DNA from: Heteronotia binoei
Taxonomy: Eukaryota
Direction: 5' to 3'
NCBI RefSeq assembly: GCF_032191835.1
Contig: NC_083239.1
Coordinates: 39,494,001-39,558,000, forward strand
DNA length: 64,000 bases
Position numbers and translations under genes: made by a program. Each line of letters begins with the position of its first letter. The stretch's first letter is position 1. This document shows, one piece after another, positions 11,101 to 22,657 of this stretch. The notes below the pieces were generated by a model. That model ran no database searches. It saw only the letters and a program-made list of their open reading frames with translations, and was not told the DNA's origin.

Positions 11101-12921
11101 AGATTCAGATTCACTAGAGCATGCACAGAGTGCCAGATAGATTTCCACTAATCCAGATCACAGAACTCATTTTGCTCTATCCTGCCTTGCACTACTGTTA
11201 TATTTGCAGGGCTTGCTTTAAAGTATATAGTACCTTTTCCTATGGATTCTAGGCCTAGTGGTCTGGGGTCAAAGAGTCCTTGGTAAGCACCAAAGGAAGC
11301 CTCTTCTCTAGCAAAATCGGGTTATCAGAGTTCTGTTAGCATCCTTTGATAAGGAAAACTTTTCTCCCTACCTCAGGGAGGACCCCCTAGCCTGAAGGAG
11401 CCCTCACGCCCACGTAGTAGAGATTGTACTTACTGACGCATTCTCTGGAACCAAGCCATCTGCACATTTTTAAAAGGAACACCTAACCACAAAGTTCCAT
11501 GCAGATGCTAGATGCCAGGAAGACGGGAGACTGGGAGTAGAGAACAAAGAACTCCCTAAGAAATTACCCCATTCTGAGAGAGACGGGTTTCTTTAAACCA
11601 ATGAGATACCATAAATTGCCAGAAGTGAGAACTTTGTAGCCAATCAACTGAATTTCCTTTGTTTACTGTGCGACTGAACAACAACGAAAAAAATAAATAA
11701 AATGATTATGTTTTGTAAAGGAAGGTCGAAGGAGAGCGGAGAAAGGGGTGGTTTGTTTTCTCCTTACCACATTAACGTGAAAAAACAATAAAAGAGATCT
11801 GCACATCAGCTCTTCTGCACCTCTGTCGTTTGGGAAGTCCTTTGTTTGGGAAGAAGGGGACTTTGTCTATGTGCAACAAGCCACCTCACAAGGTGTCTGA
11901 TGTAGGGAAAGAAGATAAAGGAGATTGTAAGCCGCTCTGAGTCTCTGATTCAGAGAGAAGTGCGGGGTATAGATCTGCAATTCTTCTTCATCTTCTTCAT
12001 CCCCCACTGCTGGCCAAGGGGGGCTGGCGGTAGGGTTGTCAGGGGATGGAGCCTGGGGAAGACAGGGACCTCAGTGGGGTGCAGTGCCACAAAATTCAGC
12101 TTTCAGACAGGGTCTTTGGGGGAGCAGCGGGGGCACTGAGAGACCCAGATTCAAACCCCCACCGGTGCCATGGAAGCTTACTGGTGTGACCTTGGGTTAG
12201 TCACAGGATTTCAGACTAACCTACCTTGCGGGGTTGCTGGGAGGATAAATCAGAGGTGGGAAGGGAATCATAGAATTATAGGAAGCAAGGAAGGATCAGG
12301 GTCATCTAGTCCAACCCCCTGCACATTGCAGGAAACTCATCAATACCTTCCCCCACACACAGCATCAGTTTTCTAAAAAAAAAAAACAACTCCATAAGGA
12401 TATAAGCCATTTTTGGGTTCCCATTGAGGAGAAAGGCAGAATATAAATGAATTATTTGACAAATAGTTTCTGAGGGGCTACCAGATTCCTATTGAATTCT
12501 GCTGCTACAGACTTGCATATCCGCTGGAATCTCCTGACCTTCTAAGCTGATGGACTTCCATGGAATAAAATCATAGAACCATATAGTTGGAAGCAACCTC
12601 CAGGGTCATCTAGTCAACCCCCCTGCACAATGCAGGAAACTCATCAATACCTCCCCCCCCCAAAAAAAAAACACCCCTGTGACTCCTGATCTACACCCAG
12701 GAGATGGCAAATATCCCTCCAGGATCCCTTGCCAAACTGGTCTGGAGAAATTTGCTTCCTGATCCCAAAGTGGTGATCGGCATTTCCCTGGACAGGTAAG
12801 AAAGGACCACAAGTACTAACCACTCGTGCACCCCTTCCTGCCCTCCTTCTCAGCCCAAGTTCACAGAATCAGCATTGCTCAGAAGAATTTAGCTCTGCAT
12901 GGTTCATTGGCTTGCACTGAC

Positions 12922-13130
12922 CTGGACGGAGGATGAACAGTGTCCCAAATGGGAGAATACGGACTCCTGTGAGGGATTTCCCTCGGAAGAACAGATCAAG
13001 AGATTCTGGACGAACGAAAAATGAAGTCTTTCGGTCAACTGACAGCTGTTCAGTTGTGAAACTGATCCTCTGCTGACCCTTTTATTGCCCCACCTTCCTA
13101 GTTCTGCTTCTCAAGCCTTCCTCTTATAGT
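12922..13130 (-). promoter_or_regulatory. Putative promoter and non-coding first exon of copy 1
   Basis: Minus strand TATAAGAGGAAG (TATA at 13128-13123), ATG-free exon of about 170 nt, donor CAG|GTCAGT (GT at 12921-12920); conserved upstream of copies 1-4. Confidence 0.55.
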
Positions 13131-13250
13131 GGAGCTCTCAAGGGGGTGTAGAAATTCTGGGTGATCCACACCTAGGCGTCAACTTTGTGTGCAGATGGGG
13201 AAGTTGAATGCTGTTCTGTGACACACTCTTAACGTAGTGCTGTTAATGTA

Positions 13251-14045
13251 GTGTGTTTAAAAAAAAAATGCAAGATGAAAGTATGAAAGAAAATTGGGTT
13301 AAATGGATGCAGGACTTTGGTTATGCTATTGAATTAAGTGAATGGGAGAAAATATGGAAAGAAAATTTGAAATTGACAAGATCCTCCCAGTTTAAAGAAA
13401 ATTTATACAAAATGGCCCATCGATGGTATTTCACCCTGGAAAAGCTTTCTAGGGCCTTTCCGAATACATCTGAAAAATGTTGGAAATGTGGCAAAGTAAA
13501 AGGTTCTTTATTTCATATGTGGTGGAAATGCGACCTTGCCAAAAAATACTGGATACAAGTATCGCTTTGGTGCAAAAAGATATTAAAAGTAAGCATTCCC
13601 CATGTACCAGAATTATATTTATTAAATATATGTAAAGTTCCACTACCTAAAACAACGAAAAAGTTACTACTCCACATTAATACAGTAGCGAGGATTTTAT
13701 TTGCCAAATATTGGAAAACGTCTCAGATACCGACTAAAAGGGAGTTTATGTTTAACCTTCTTGATGCTGCAGAAATGGATACGTTAACTTATAGGTTGAA
13801 AGATGGTAATCTGGAAGAGTGTAAGAAAACTTGGTATCCAATGTATGAATGGGCCAAACAATTGGGATTTGAATGGATATAATAATATTACTTGTATTAG
13901 TCTCAGTAATTTCGCTCCATTAGATAAATGTATATAGGTTTATCAATAATGCTTTTCTTTTTGTTGTTGTCGTTGTTGTTTAATTGTTTATTTGTTTTTT
14001 GTCTTTTGTTGTTGTAAATAAAATTCTTTTTTGTGGGAAAAAAAA
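13251..14045 (+). mobile_element. 5'-truncated L1/Tx1-type LINE, ORF2 C-terminus (ORF 13253-13882) plus 3' UTR and A-tail
   Basis: Cysteine-rich motif CWKCGKVKGSLFHMWWKC, AATAAA and A-run near 14017-14045; interrupts sequence that is contiguous in the paralogous units. Confidence 0.85.
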
Positions 14046-15140
14046 TCCAAGGATTCTTTCAGCAACGGTTGAGTTTGCAGATACGTAAGGTGGAGCGGAA
14101 CCCCACGTCCTGGCTGGCTCTGCTCCAAAGCCTTTAATATAAATTTGGTGTGGTTCTTATTGGCATAAACTGCAAAAGAATGGGAGCGGCTTCAGCTGCT
14201 TCATCTTGGTACGCAGGGGGGGTTTTTTCTGGAAAAACTGTTGCTGGAAATCTCAAGAGGGAAATGAAGGAGAAACACATGAGTGCCCCTGTTGTCTATG
14301 TGAACTGAAACCCGCTTATTATATGTGTTCCTGCCTGGCTCATTGGAGCCGGTAGGACTGGGCTAGGGGTCTCAGGAACAATGGGCAGTAGGATCCAAAC
14401 CCCTACTGCCCTGCTCCAATCACGGGGCCCTTGCTGGTTTGAATGATCCAATGGCATGCCAGCATGGGAACCTGGAGTTGTATATAGTTGATCCATTGGG
14501 CCCAGTTAGCCAGTCTTGAAGTGTAGCCCTATACTACGCTGTACCAAACAAAAATATGATCACTACCACTTCGCCTCTTCAGTGCATCAAGCCCACTATA
14601 CTATAGCCCCTCATGAACCTTTAAACATTTTGTGGATTTGTTTCCACAAAGAGGTTCTGGAAGTCCATTCCACTGTGTTCCCATAAGGGAGGGAGCCCTG
14701 TTGGTACAGCTGATGTCTGTCACCAGCAGAAGAATACAGCTGGAAAGAAGGGAGCAATGCCTCTGGCCAGGATGCAAAAAGACAAAGGGGGGGGGAGGGT
14801 GGAGAGAAGCATTTTTAATTAGTGTGGGGAAAATGTTTAGTCTGCAAGGTACCAGAAACCATCAGCCAGGGCTCCCACATAGGGCCACTGTGTGATAGTA
14901 ACCGATTTCGCACACAGCTCACCTCGGAGTCACGTCCCTCTTCACTGCGCAGCATCTGGTCGGATTTCCCACCATCTGCGCCGGAGAAGCAGGAAGAGCC
15001 GCAACTTCTGCGTCACAAACAGAAATCGCTAAAACCCAGTTTCTGTTTGCGAGGAAGAAGCTGCAGCTCTTCCTGCTCCTCCGGCGCAGATGGTGGGAAA
15101 TCCAACCAGACGCTATTTATTTATTTATTTATCTGGGATT

Positions 15141-15611
15141 TAGGGTTGCCAAGTCCAATTCAAGAAATATCTGGGGACTTTGGGGGTGGAGCCAGGAGCA
15201 AGGTTGTGACAAGCACAATTGAACTCCAAGGGAGTTCTGGCCATCACATTTCAAGGGACTGAACACCTTTTAAATGCCTTCCTTCCATAGGAAATAATGA
15301 TAGGGGCACCTTCTTTGGGGGCTCATAGAATTGGACCCCCTGGTCCAATCTTTTTGAAACTTGGGAGGTATTTTGGGGAGAAGCACTAGATGCTATACTG
15401 AAAATTTGGTGCCTCTATCTCAAAAAACAGCTCCCCCAAGAGCCCCCGATACCCACAGATCAATTCCCCATCATTCCCTATGGGAATCGTTCATGGAGGT
15501 GCATGATGGCTCTGGGCACAGGGCTTCCCCCGCTGGCCTGCTGGCTGGGGGAGGGGGGAAGCCTGTAAAACCGGGGGATCCCCCTCTGGGACCTGGGGAT
15601 TGGGAAGCCTA
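15141..15611 (+). mobile_element. hAT MITE
   Basis: tagggttgccaagtcc...ggggattgggaagccta. Confidence 0.75.
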
Positions 15612-15674
15612 CCAGACGCTGCGCGGTGAAGAAGGACGTGACTCCTAGGTGAGCTGTGTGCGAAATCAGTGTTG

Positions 15675-16215
15675 GGAATGGATGAGCTATTGGCCTGATT
15701 CAACATGGCTTCTCTTATGTTCTTATGGGTCTGCCAGTTCCAGGCTGGGAAATTCTTGGAGATTAGGAGGTACCATTGTGCAACCAATCATGCAACATTA
15801 GCCTACTTTTACATCAGTTGTTCTGTGTCTGCTAGCTGGGGGAGAGGCAAGGTGCTGTAGAATGAACATGAAGAGTCTCATTAGGTTGTCATTCTCCATA
15901 AGACCTTAAGAGCAGCCATGTTGGATCAGGCCAATGGCCCATCCAGTCCAACACTCTGAATCACAAAGTGGCCAAAACCCAGGTGGCATCAAGAGGCCCA
16001 CCAGCGGGGCCAGAACTCCAGAAGTTCTTCCACTCTTGCCCCCCTGAGCACCAAGAATACAGAGCATCACTGCCCTAGAAAGATTGTTCTGTCTACAAGA
16101 ACATAAGAGAAGCCATGTTGGATCAGGCCAATGGCCCATCCAGTCCAATACTCTGTGTCACATAGTGACCAAAACCCAGGTGCCATCAGGAGGTCCACCA
16201 GTGGAGCCAGACTCT
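15675..16215. mobile_element. CR1 3' tail fragments in both orientations
   Basis: caacatggcttctcttatgttcttatg and the reverse complement ataagagaagccatgttggatcaggcc (twice). Confidence 0.7.
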
Positions 16216-17014
16216 AAAAACCCTCCCACTCTTCCCCAGGAATCTCCCTACATGGAGCTGGCAACCCTCTGTCCCACCTCATGAGGACTAGAAGCCTGAC
16301 ACCAGACCTTTGCCAAGGATTCCCCCAGGCCTTTGCCAAGGATTGCGGTGATCAGACTAGTTCCGTACTCCTTGCACCACTGGCATAGTTCCCTCTTAGC
16401 TGTGCTAGGGGGTGCTAGCGCACATCTTTTCTAAAGGCTGTTCACAGATTTCTGCTTCGGCCCACAGATAGGGCTTCATCCCATTGGAAATAATGCAGAA
16501 TAGGGGCACCTCCTTGTGGGCAGTGGCAGCGCTGGGGGTTCTGCCAGCCCAGGCAAAGCCCTCCCCCAGCCCCTGGCTTCCAGTGTGGTGAGGGGGAGGC
16601 ACAGCAGCGGGCTGCTCAGAGCTTGGGTCCAAGCACACTCACTGCTATTGGCACCCCCTGACCTCGCTCAGCCTTCCCAGATCCCAGGGGGGCTGAGCAT
16701 GGTTGTGGCTGCAGTGGGCATGTCACTTTTGCATGCCGCCCACTTTTGCATTCCTCAGGTCTGTACATGTTACATATGTGGACTCAAGGGAGAACTGAAT
16801 TGGGTGTTCCTGCCTGGCTCATTGGAGCCAGACGAACAGAGCTTGGGGACTTGGGAACAATGGGCAGCAGCATCTTAATTCCTGCTGCCCCGCTCCAATC
16901 ACAGGCCCCCTGTGTTTGCGCGGGAACCCTGATGTGTATATATAGTTGGCCCTGTAGGCCCAGTCTTCATTCTTCAGCTTAACCTTTACTTTGCTGAAAT
17001 CAATAAAAAGCAAT

Positions 17015-17095
17015 ACGGTGGCTCAGTGGTAGAGCATCTGCTTGGTAAGCCGAAGATCCCAGGTTCAATCCCCAGCATCTCCAACTAAAAAAGGG
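17015..17095 (+). mobile_element. tRNA-derived SINE head (Squam3-like)
   Basis: ggtggctcagtggtagagcatctgcttggtaagccgaagatcccaggttcaatcccc with A and B boxes; second copy at 58229-58343. Confidence 0.65.
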
Positions 17096-18728
17096 GGTTC
17101 AGGAAACCTTTAAACATTTTTTGGGAGGATTTGTTTCCACAAAGAGGTTCTGGAAGTCCATTCCACTGTGTTCCCATAAGGGAGGGAGCCCTGTTGGTAC
17201 AGCTGATGTCTGTCGCAGGCAGATGAATACAGCTGGAAAGAAGGGAGCAATGCCTCTGACCAGGATGCAAAAAGACACTACCAACGGTGGAATTTTAGCA
17301 GGAGCTCCTTTGCATATTAGGCCACACACCACTGATGTAGCCAATCCTCCTAGAGCTTACAGTAGATTCCGTGCTAAGAGCCCTGTAAGCTTTTGGAGGA
17401 TTGGCTATATCAGGAGTGTGTGGCCTAATATGCAGAGGAGTTCCTGCTATAAAAAAGCCTTGGCTTTTAATATAAACTTGGCGTAGTTCTTATTGGCATT
17501 AACTGCAAAAGAATGGGAGCAGCTTCAGCTGTTTCATCTTGGTACACGGGGGGGGGGGGGTTCTGGAAAAATTGATGCTGGAACTCTCAAGAAGGAAATG
17601 AAGGAGAAACACACGAGTGCCCCTTATGAACTTTTATTTTATTTTAGAATTTGTTTCCACAAAGAGGTCCCGGAACTCTATTCCACCGCGTCTCTCCAGG
17701 GGGAAAAAGTCCTGTTGGTACATCTGATATCTGTCCCAGGTAGGGAAATACAGCCAGAAAGAAGGGAGCAATGCTGGATGCAAAAAGACAGGAAGGGGGA
17801 AAGCATTTTTAGTTGGTGTGGGGGAAAAGTCTAGTCTGCCAGGTACCAGAAGCCATCAGCCAGGGCTCCCCCATAGGGCTGCCAGTTCTAGGTTCTGCAT
17901 ATTCATCGCCTGGAAATGACTGTCATGGGTACCAAAGATACTGGAGCAGATTTGAGTTCCATCAAAAAATCTTTGCTGGAAGGAAAGAACGCGCCTTATA
18001 TAGGCTTAATGCATGTAGAGCCATATGAATGTTCTTCCAAATTAATACCTATTGTGAAACTGCATGTTAAATTTAGAAATTATTAAGAAATTATTAGGGC
18101 TGGTCCAGAGCTAGGGTTTTCTATGCCCCAGGCCGAAAACCATTCCTCCGTCCCCCCCCCCCCCCGAGTATATTTGGACACACGAAGCACACACACCCCA
18201 ATGACATCATGTCACACACACCCTTACGCCAAGGTCTCCCAAGCCTCAGGAGGCCTCAGCAAAGTTCCGAATGCAGCGTGCACACTCACAGCCTGGATCT
18301 GAGTGTGCGCATTGCCACCTCCCCCCCAAATTTGCCATGCTCTACCAAGCCTTGGGAGGCCTTGACAAAGTTCCAAAGGCAACATGCGTGCTCAGAGCCC
18401 GATTCTGAGCGTGTGTGCTCAGGTCTCCTGAGCCTCGGCCCTCGGGAGGCCTTGGTGAAATTCTGAAGGTAGCGCGCATGCTCAGAGCTCAGATCTGAGA
18501 GCATGCGCTGCCATGCCCTTCAACATCGCCAAGGTCTCCTGAGCCTCGGGAGGCCTCAGCAAAGTTCCAAAGGCAGTGCGCTCACTGCCATGCCCCCTCC
18601 AACTTCGCACTGAACCACTGCACTCTTCAGTTTGCTCCCCTTTTGGCTGGGTGCATTTGGGCGGGTGCCTTGGCCCTCAGCTTACTGTACCTCAGTTTCC
18701 ATATTACAAAACACCTTCCAGATGGCTC

Positions 18729-19159
18729 TAGGCTTGGATTTCCAGCCTCTTCCCCCGCTCCCCAAAAAAACGGAAGCGGGAGGAGGGGGAAACGGAGGGG
18801 GGAAATCTGGGTCCTTCTAGGACCCGGACTCGCGGCTCACCACGCTCCTGGCCTGCCTCCACCCTCGCCTTCTCTGATTTTACCTCAGAGGCGGAACGGG
18901 CGACGGCGCTGCTGCCGCCTCTTCTCAGCTTCATTTTAGCTGCTCCTCCGAGATGGGCTCAGCTTGAGCCCATCTCGGAGGAGCAGCTATGGTGAGCGGA
19001 GAAGAGGCGGCAGCAGCGCAGCAGCCGCATGCTGCGAGATGGGGCGGCTCGCCATGCTCCTTGGCGCCGTTTCCCCCCTCTCCCTAGCTCCACCCCAGTG
19101 TCTCCTGGCTCCACCCCCAAAGTCCCCAGATATTTCTGAAATTGGACTTGGCAACCCTA
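18729..19159 (-). mobile_element. hAT MITE, minus orientation
   Basis: Ends ...attggacttggcaacccta; GC-rich core like 9341-9759. Confidence 0.65.
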
Positions 19160-21192
19160 AGTCCTTCTGTACCACATAGTTTCCCCAACTGCCTTAATCC
19201 ACACTACTGTAAGAGGGGAGTACAGGGAAGGGAGAAAGCATGCAGCTGACAAGGGTGCCAATCCTCCAGGGGTCTCCCAAAGAAGGACTTTGGTCTGTGT
19301 GGTAACTAGGTGCTGGGTTGGCAGAGGACCTTGAGGCCAGGCCTCAGAACTGGCAAGGGGGATTGGGAGTCCTGTTCCTCTCAGTCAGGAGCCCCTAAAT
19401 TGAGCAGGTGGTGGCAGCGTGCCCAAGTGGCAGGAAAAAGATTAGCTTCCTCCAGGAGTTGGTGAAGGGGAGACCCCTGAATAATTAATAACTCTATAAA
19501 ATAATAAATGAAAATATGCTCTTGTGTTTAAAAAGCAAAAAGGGCGTCTGATGTAATGTTGAAGTTGCAATGTGATAAGAAACCAGACAGCCCAAATGGG
19601 TGTGAGTCACAGATGCGTATTGATGGCAGACACATTTCTATAAGGAAACTCCGTGTTGAATAGATAAGCAGACACACTGGAAAACTACCAGGGAGAACGG
19701 GGAGGGGGGAAGTGAATCTGATAACTATGAGGGCCAGCCCGCATGCCTGCTTTGCTTAAAACGGATGGTTTGAGAAGTGAGCGGGGTTTCATTATTTTGG
19801 GGAGCTTTGCTGCTCAAATGAACCTTGTTATTAGTGCCAAATAGTAAAATACCTCATTTTCAATCAGTAAGTGTGCGGCCTCGTTATTCTACTGCTACAT
19901 TGGCAAGCCAAAAAGAAGTTGACAGGACTGGGTCTGAAGGCTGAATCAGACCGGTTCCGTCACACACTTTTCCAGGGTTCCTCTAATTTTTATTTTCCTT
20001 ATGGAATGCCCCTGCCAATTTCCTATCTGTTAGCAATTAGATCCGAAATGAGATTGGACCGGTTCTTTTATCGTCAGACTTTATCTTATGAATGTTGTTT
20101 ATTATGGACAGTAGCTAAGTTGTGTGCACAGGATGGTCGTTTCACTGTACCATTACATTGTATCTCGTATATGAAATGTTGAATTTATTCTAATTATATT
20201 TAAATGTTGTCTTGTACACGGAGGGTATCGTTGTTATTTCTTGGAACACAGGACTTTGGCAGAATATACCAGACAGTTTATGAACAACTAACTGAGTTCC
20301 ATTGCTGACAAACCAATGTGGTATGTTCTGCCACATTCCTGGCCAATCAAGATGGCTTCCTTCAGTTGCTGCTAAGAGCCCACAAAGAGGTACAAATGAG
20401 TGGCCTTAATGCTCCAATGAAGAGAGGTGGAGCATAAGGACTCAGCTGTTGCCAAGGTGATAGCAGTCATTGGGATCGTCTAAGAAACAGCATCCCTTTC
20501 TGCAGGTGCCCCTCAAGAGCTTCTCTTCTCACTTCAACTTATTGCCTGAATAGCCCATCTACCAGGCCAGAATAGGATTGCCAGACTGTGGCTAGCAACC
20601 AACAGGAGGGTTTGGGGTGAGGAAATGGAGGACCATGACATCACCTGCCTCAATACATCCAGGAAAAACCCAAAATTAGGACCAGAGCTGGGGTGTTTGC
20701 TGCTCCAGGCAGGCTCTGCCCCCCCGGCCTCCAGTGGGGGAGGCCCCCAGCACTGGCTCAAATCAGGCCCCATTTGCACAGAGGGCTCCTTCTCCACTCA
20801 ATGCTCCCAAGCCGTGGGAAGTCTGAGCGGGGACAGATGGCCTCACTTGCACGGAGGGCTCCCAAGAGGTCTCCTCTATGCAAACACCCCCTTCAACCCT
20901 CCCATACCATGGGAAGGTCGAGTGGAGACAGATGGCCCCATTTACATGGAGGCCTCCTCTTGAGGAGCCCTCCATGCAAAGGCCCCCCTCGACACTGCCA
21001 TGGCGCGGGAGCTTACAAAAAAAATGAGCGGGAGGCTCAAGGAAGGCATGAACAAAGTGGAGGCACCCGCCCCCCCTATCCTGCAAGGAGTTGGCATCCT
21101 AGGCAATCGCCTAGTTTGCCGACTCCCACACCCCAGCCCTGCCCAAAGTGATGCAATGTAGTTCTAGGAATTACCAGATACTATGATAAGCA

Positions 21193-21426
21193 ATGGCCAC
21201 CAAATGAGAAGGGAGCACTCACTGGAGAAGACCCTGATGCTATGAAAGACAGAAGGCAAAAGAAGAAGGGGACGGCAAAAGAGGAGATGGCTGGACAGTG
21301 TTACTGATGTAACTAACATGAATTTGAGTGGACTTCGGAGGATAGCGAAAGACAAGAGAGCCTGGCATGACTTGGTCCATGGGGTCGCAAAGAGTCGGAC
21401 TCGAGTGTGCGACTGAACAACAACAA
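21193..21426 (+). mobile_element. BovB (RTE) LINE 3' end
   Basis: gagaagaccctgatgct...ggtccatggggtcgcaaagagtcggactcgagtgtgcgactgaacaacaacaa with (CAA)n tail. Confidence 0.85.
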
Positions 21427-21558
21427 TAAAATGATAATCTATAGAATTTCTGGTTATTCCTAGAGCTTGGAATTACAGTGGTATTCTGGGCCACTGCCTA
21501 CCAGCTATGTACGGCTCTACTCAGCTATGTATGGCTTTGCTCATTGTGCTGGATTCCT

Positions 21559-21599
21559 CGTCTGATGAAGTGTGCTTAAGAACACACAAAAGCTTACGT
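21559..21599 (+). ncRNA. Degenerate minimal hammerhead ribozyme motif of a Penelope-like repeat
   Basis: cgt-CTGATGA-a-GTGTG-cttaagaa-CACAC-AAAA-GCTT-acg: core CUGAUGA, 5-bp stem II, palindromic AGCT stem III, 3-bp stem I; GAAA is mutated to AAAA. Confidence 0.55.
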
Positions 21600-22234
21600 T
21601 CTAAATAAAAATTGGTTGGTCTTAAAGGTGAAACTTGACTTCTGCTTTGTTCAACTGCTTCATACCAACACGGCTGCCCGCTTGGATGTGAATACTTCCA
21701 TAGTTCAGTTCCTCCTTCCTTCCCAAAATGTTATTTCAGCATGGAGAAGAGCTGCTTGAATTTGAATGGAAAATCAGGGGAGGGGAGGGGCTGTTTAACT
21801 AGTGTTGCCAACTCTGACTTGGGAAACTCCTGGGATTTGGAGTCAGTAGCTGAGTCCTAGATTCTATGGCAAGGATGGGGAACAATGGCTCTCCAGATGT
21901 TTTTTGCCTACAACTCCCATCAGCCCCGGCCAGCATGGCCAATGACTGGGGCTGATGGGAGTGGTAGGCAGAAAACATCTGGAGAGCCACTGTTCCCCGC
22001 CCCTGTTCTATGGGATACCTCCAAAGCTATCAGCACAAGTATACAAGAAGGAGTAACGGTATATACAGTTGAGAACATGCAGAACCATCACTAGCACACC
22101 ATTAATCTATACCGAGATCAATGCAATATATGTTGGTAAAATCACTTAAATTGCATGCAGGTGTTCTAGTTGTCCACAAGGTCCATACAAAGATCTCAAG
22201 TTATTTTATTCTTCATTTCAATTTAAAAATCTTC

Positions 22235-22512
22235 TACAAGAAGAAGACTGCAGATTTATACCCCGCCCTTCTCTCTGAATCAGAGACTCAGAGCGGCTTA
22301 CAATCTCCTATATCTTCTCCCCCCACAACAGACACCCTGTGAGGTGGCTGGGGCTGAGAGGGCTGTCTCAGCAGCTGCCCTTTCAGGGACAAACTCTGTG
22401 AGAGCAATGGCTGACCCAAGGCCATTCCAGCAGCTGCAAGTGGAGGAGTGAGGAATCAAACCCGGTTCTCCCAGATAAGAGTCTGCACACTTAGCCACTA
22501 CACCAAACTGGT
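22235..22512 (-). mobile_element. tRNA-derived gecko-type SINE with (TCT)n tail
   Basis: Full body aagaagaagactgcagatttataccccgcc...ttagccactacaccaaactg. Confidence 0.8.
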
Positions 22513-22657
22513 ATACAGCAGTGTATACTTCATTCATTCAATGAGAACACCAAAAGGAGGGATTTTGTGGTCTGCTGCTGTAACAACTTATCTTCCTTTC
22601 ACATTATTCCTCAATTAGACTCAGGAACCAATCCGCAATCACATGTTAGGTAGGCAT

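Noticed and set aside
17015-17095. tRNA genes at 17015, 58229 and at the heads of the (TCT)n-tailed repeats
   Set aside because: They have A and B boxes but no full cloverleaf, and continue into SINE bodies.
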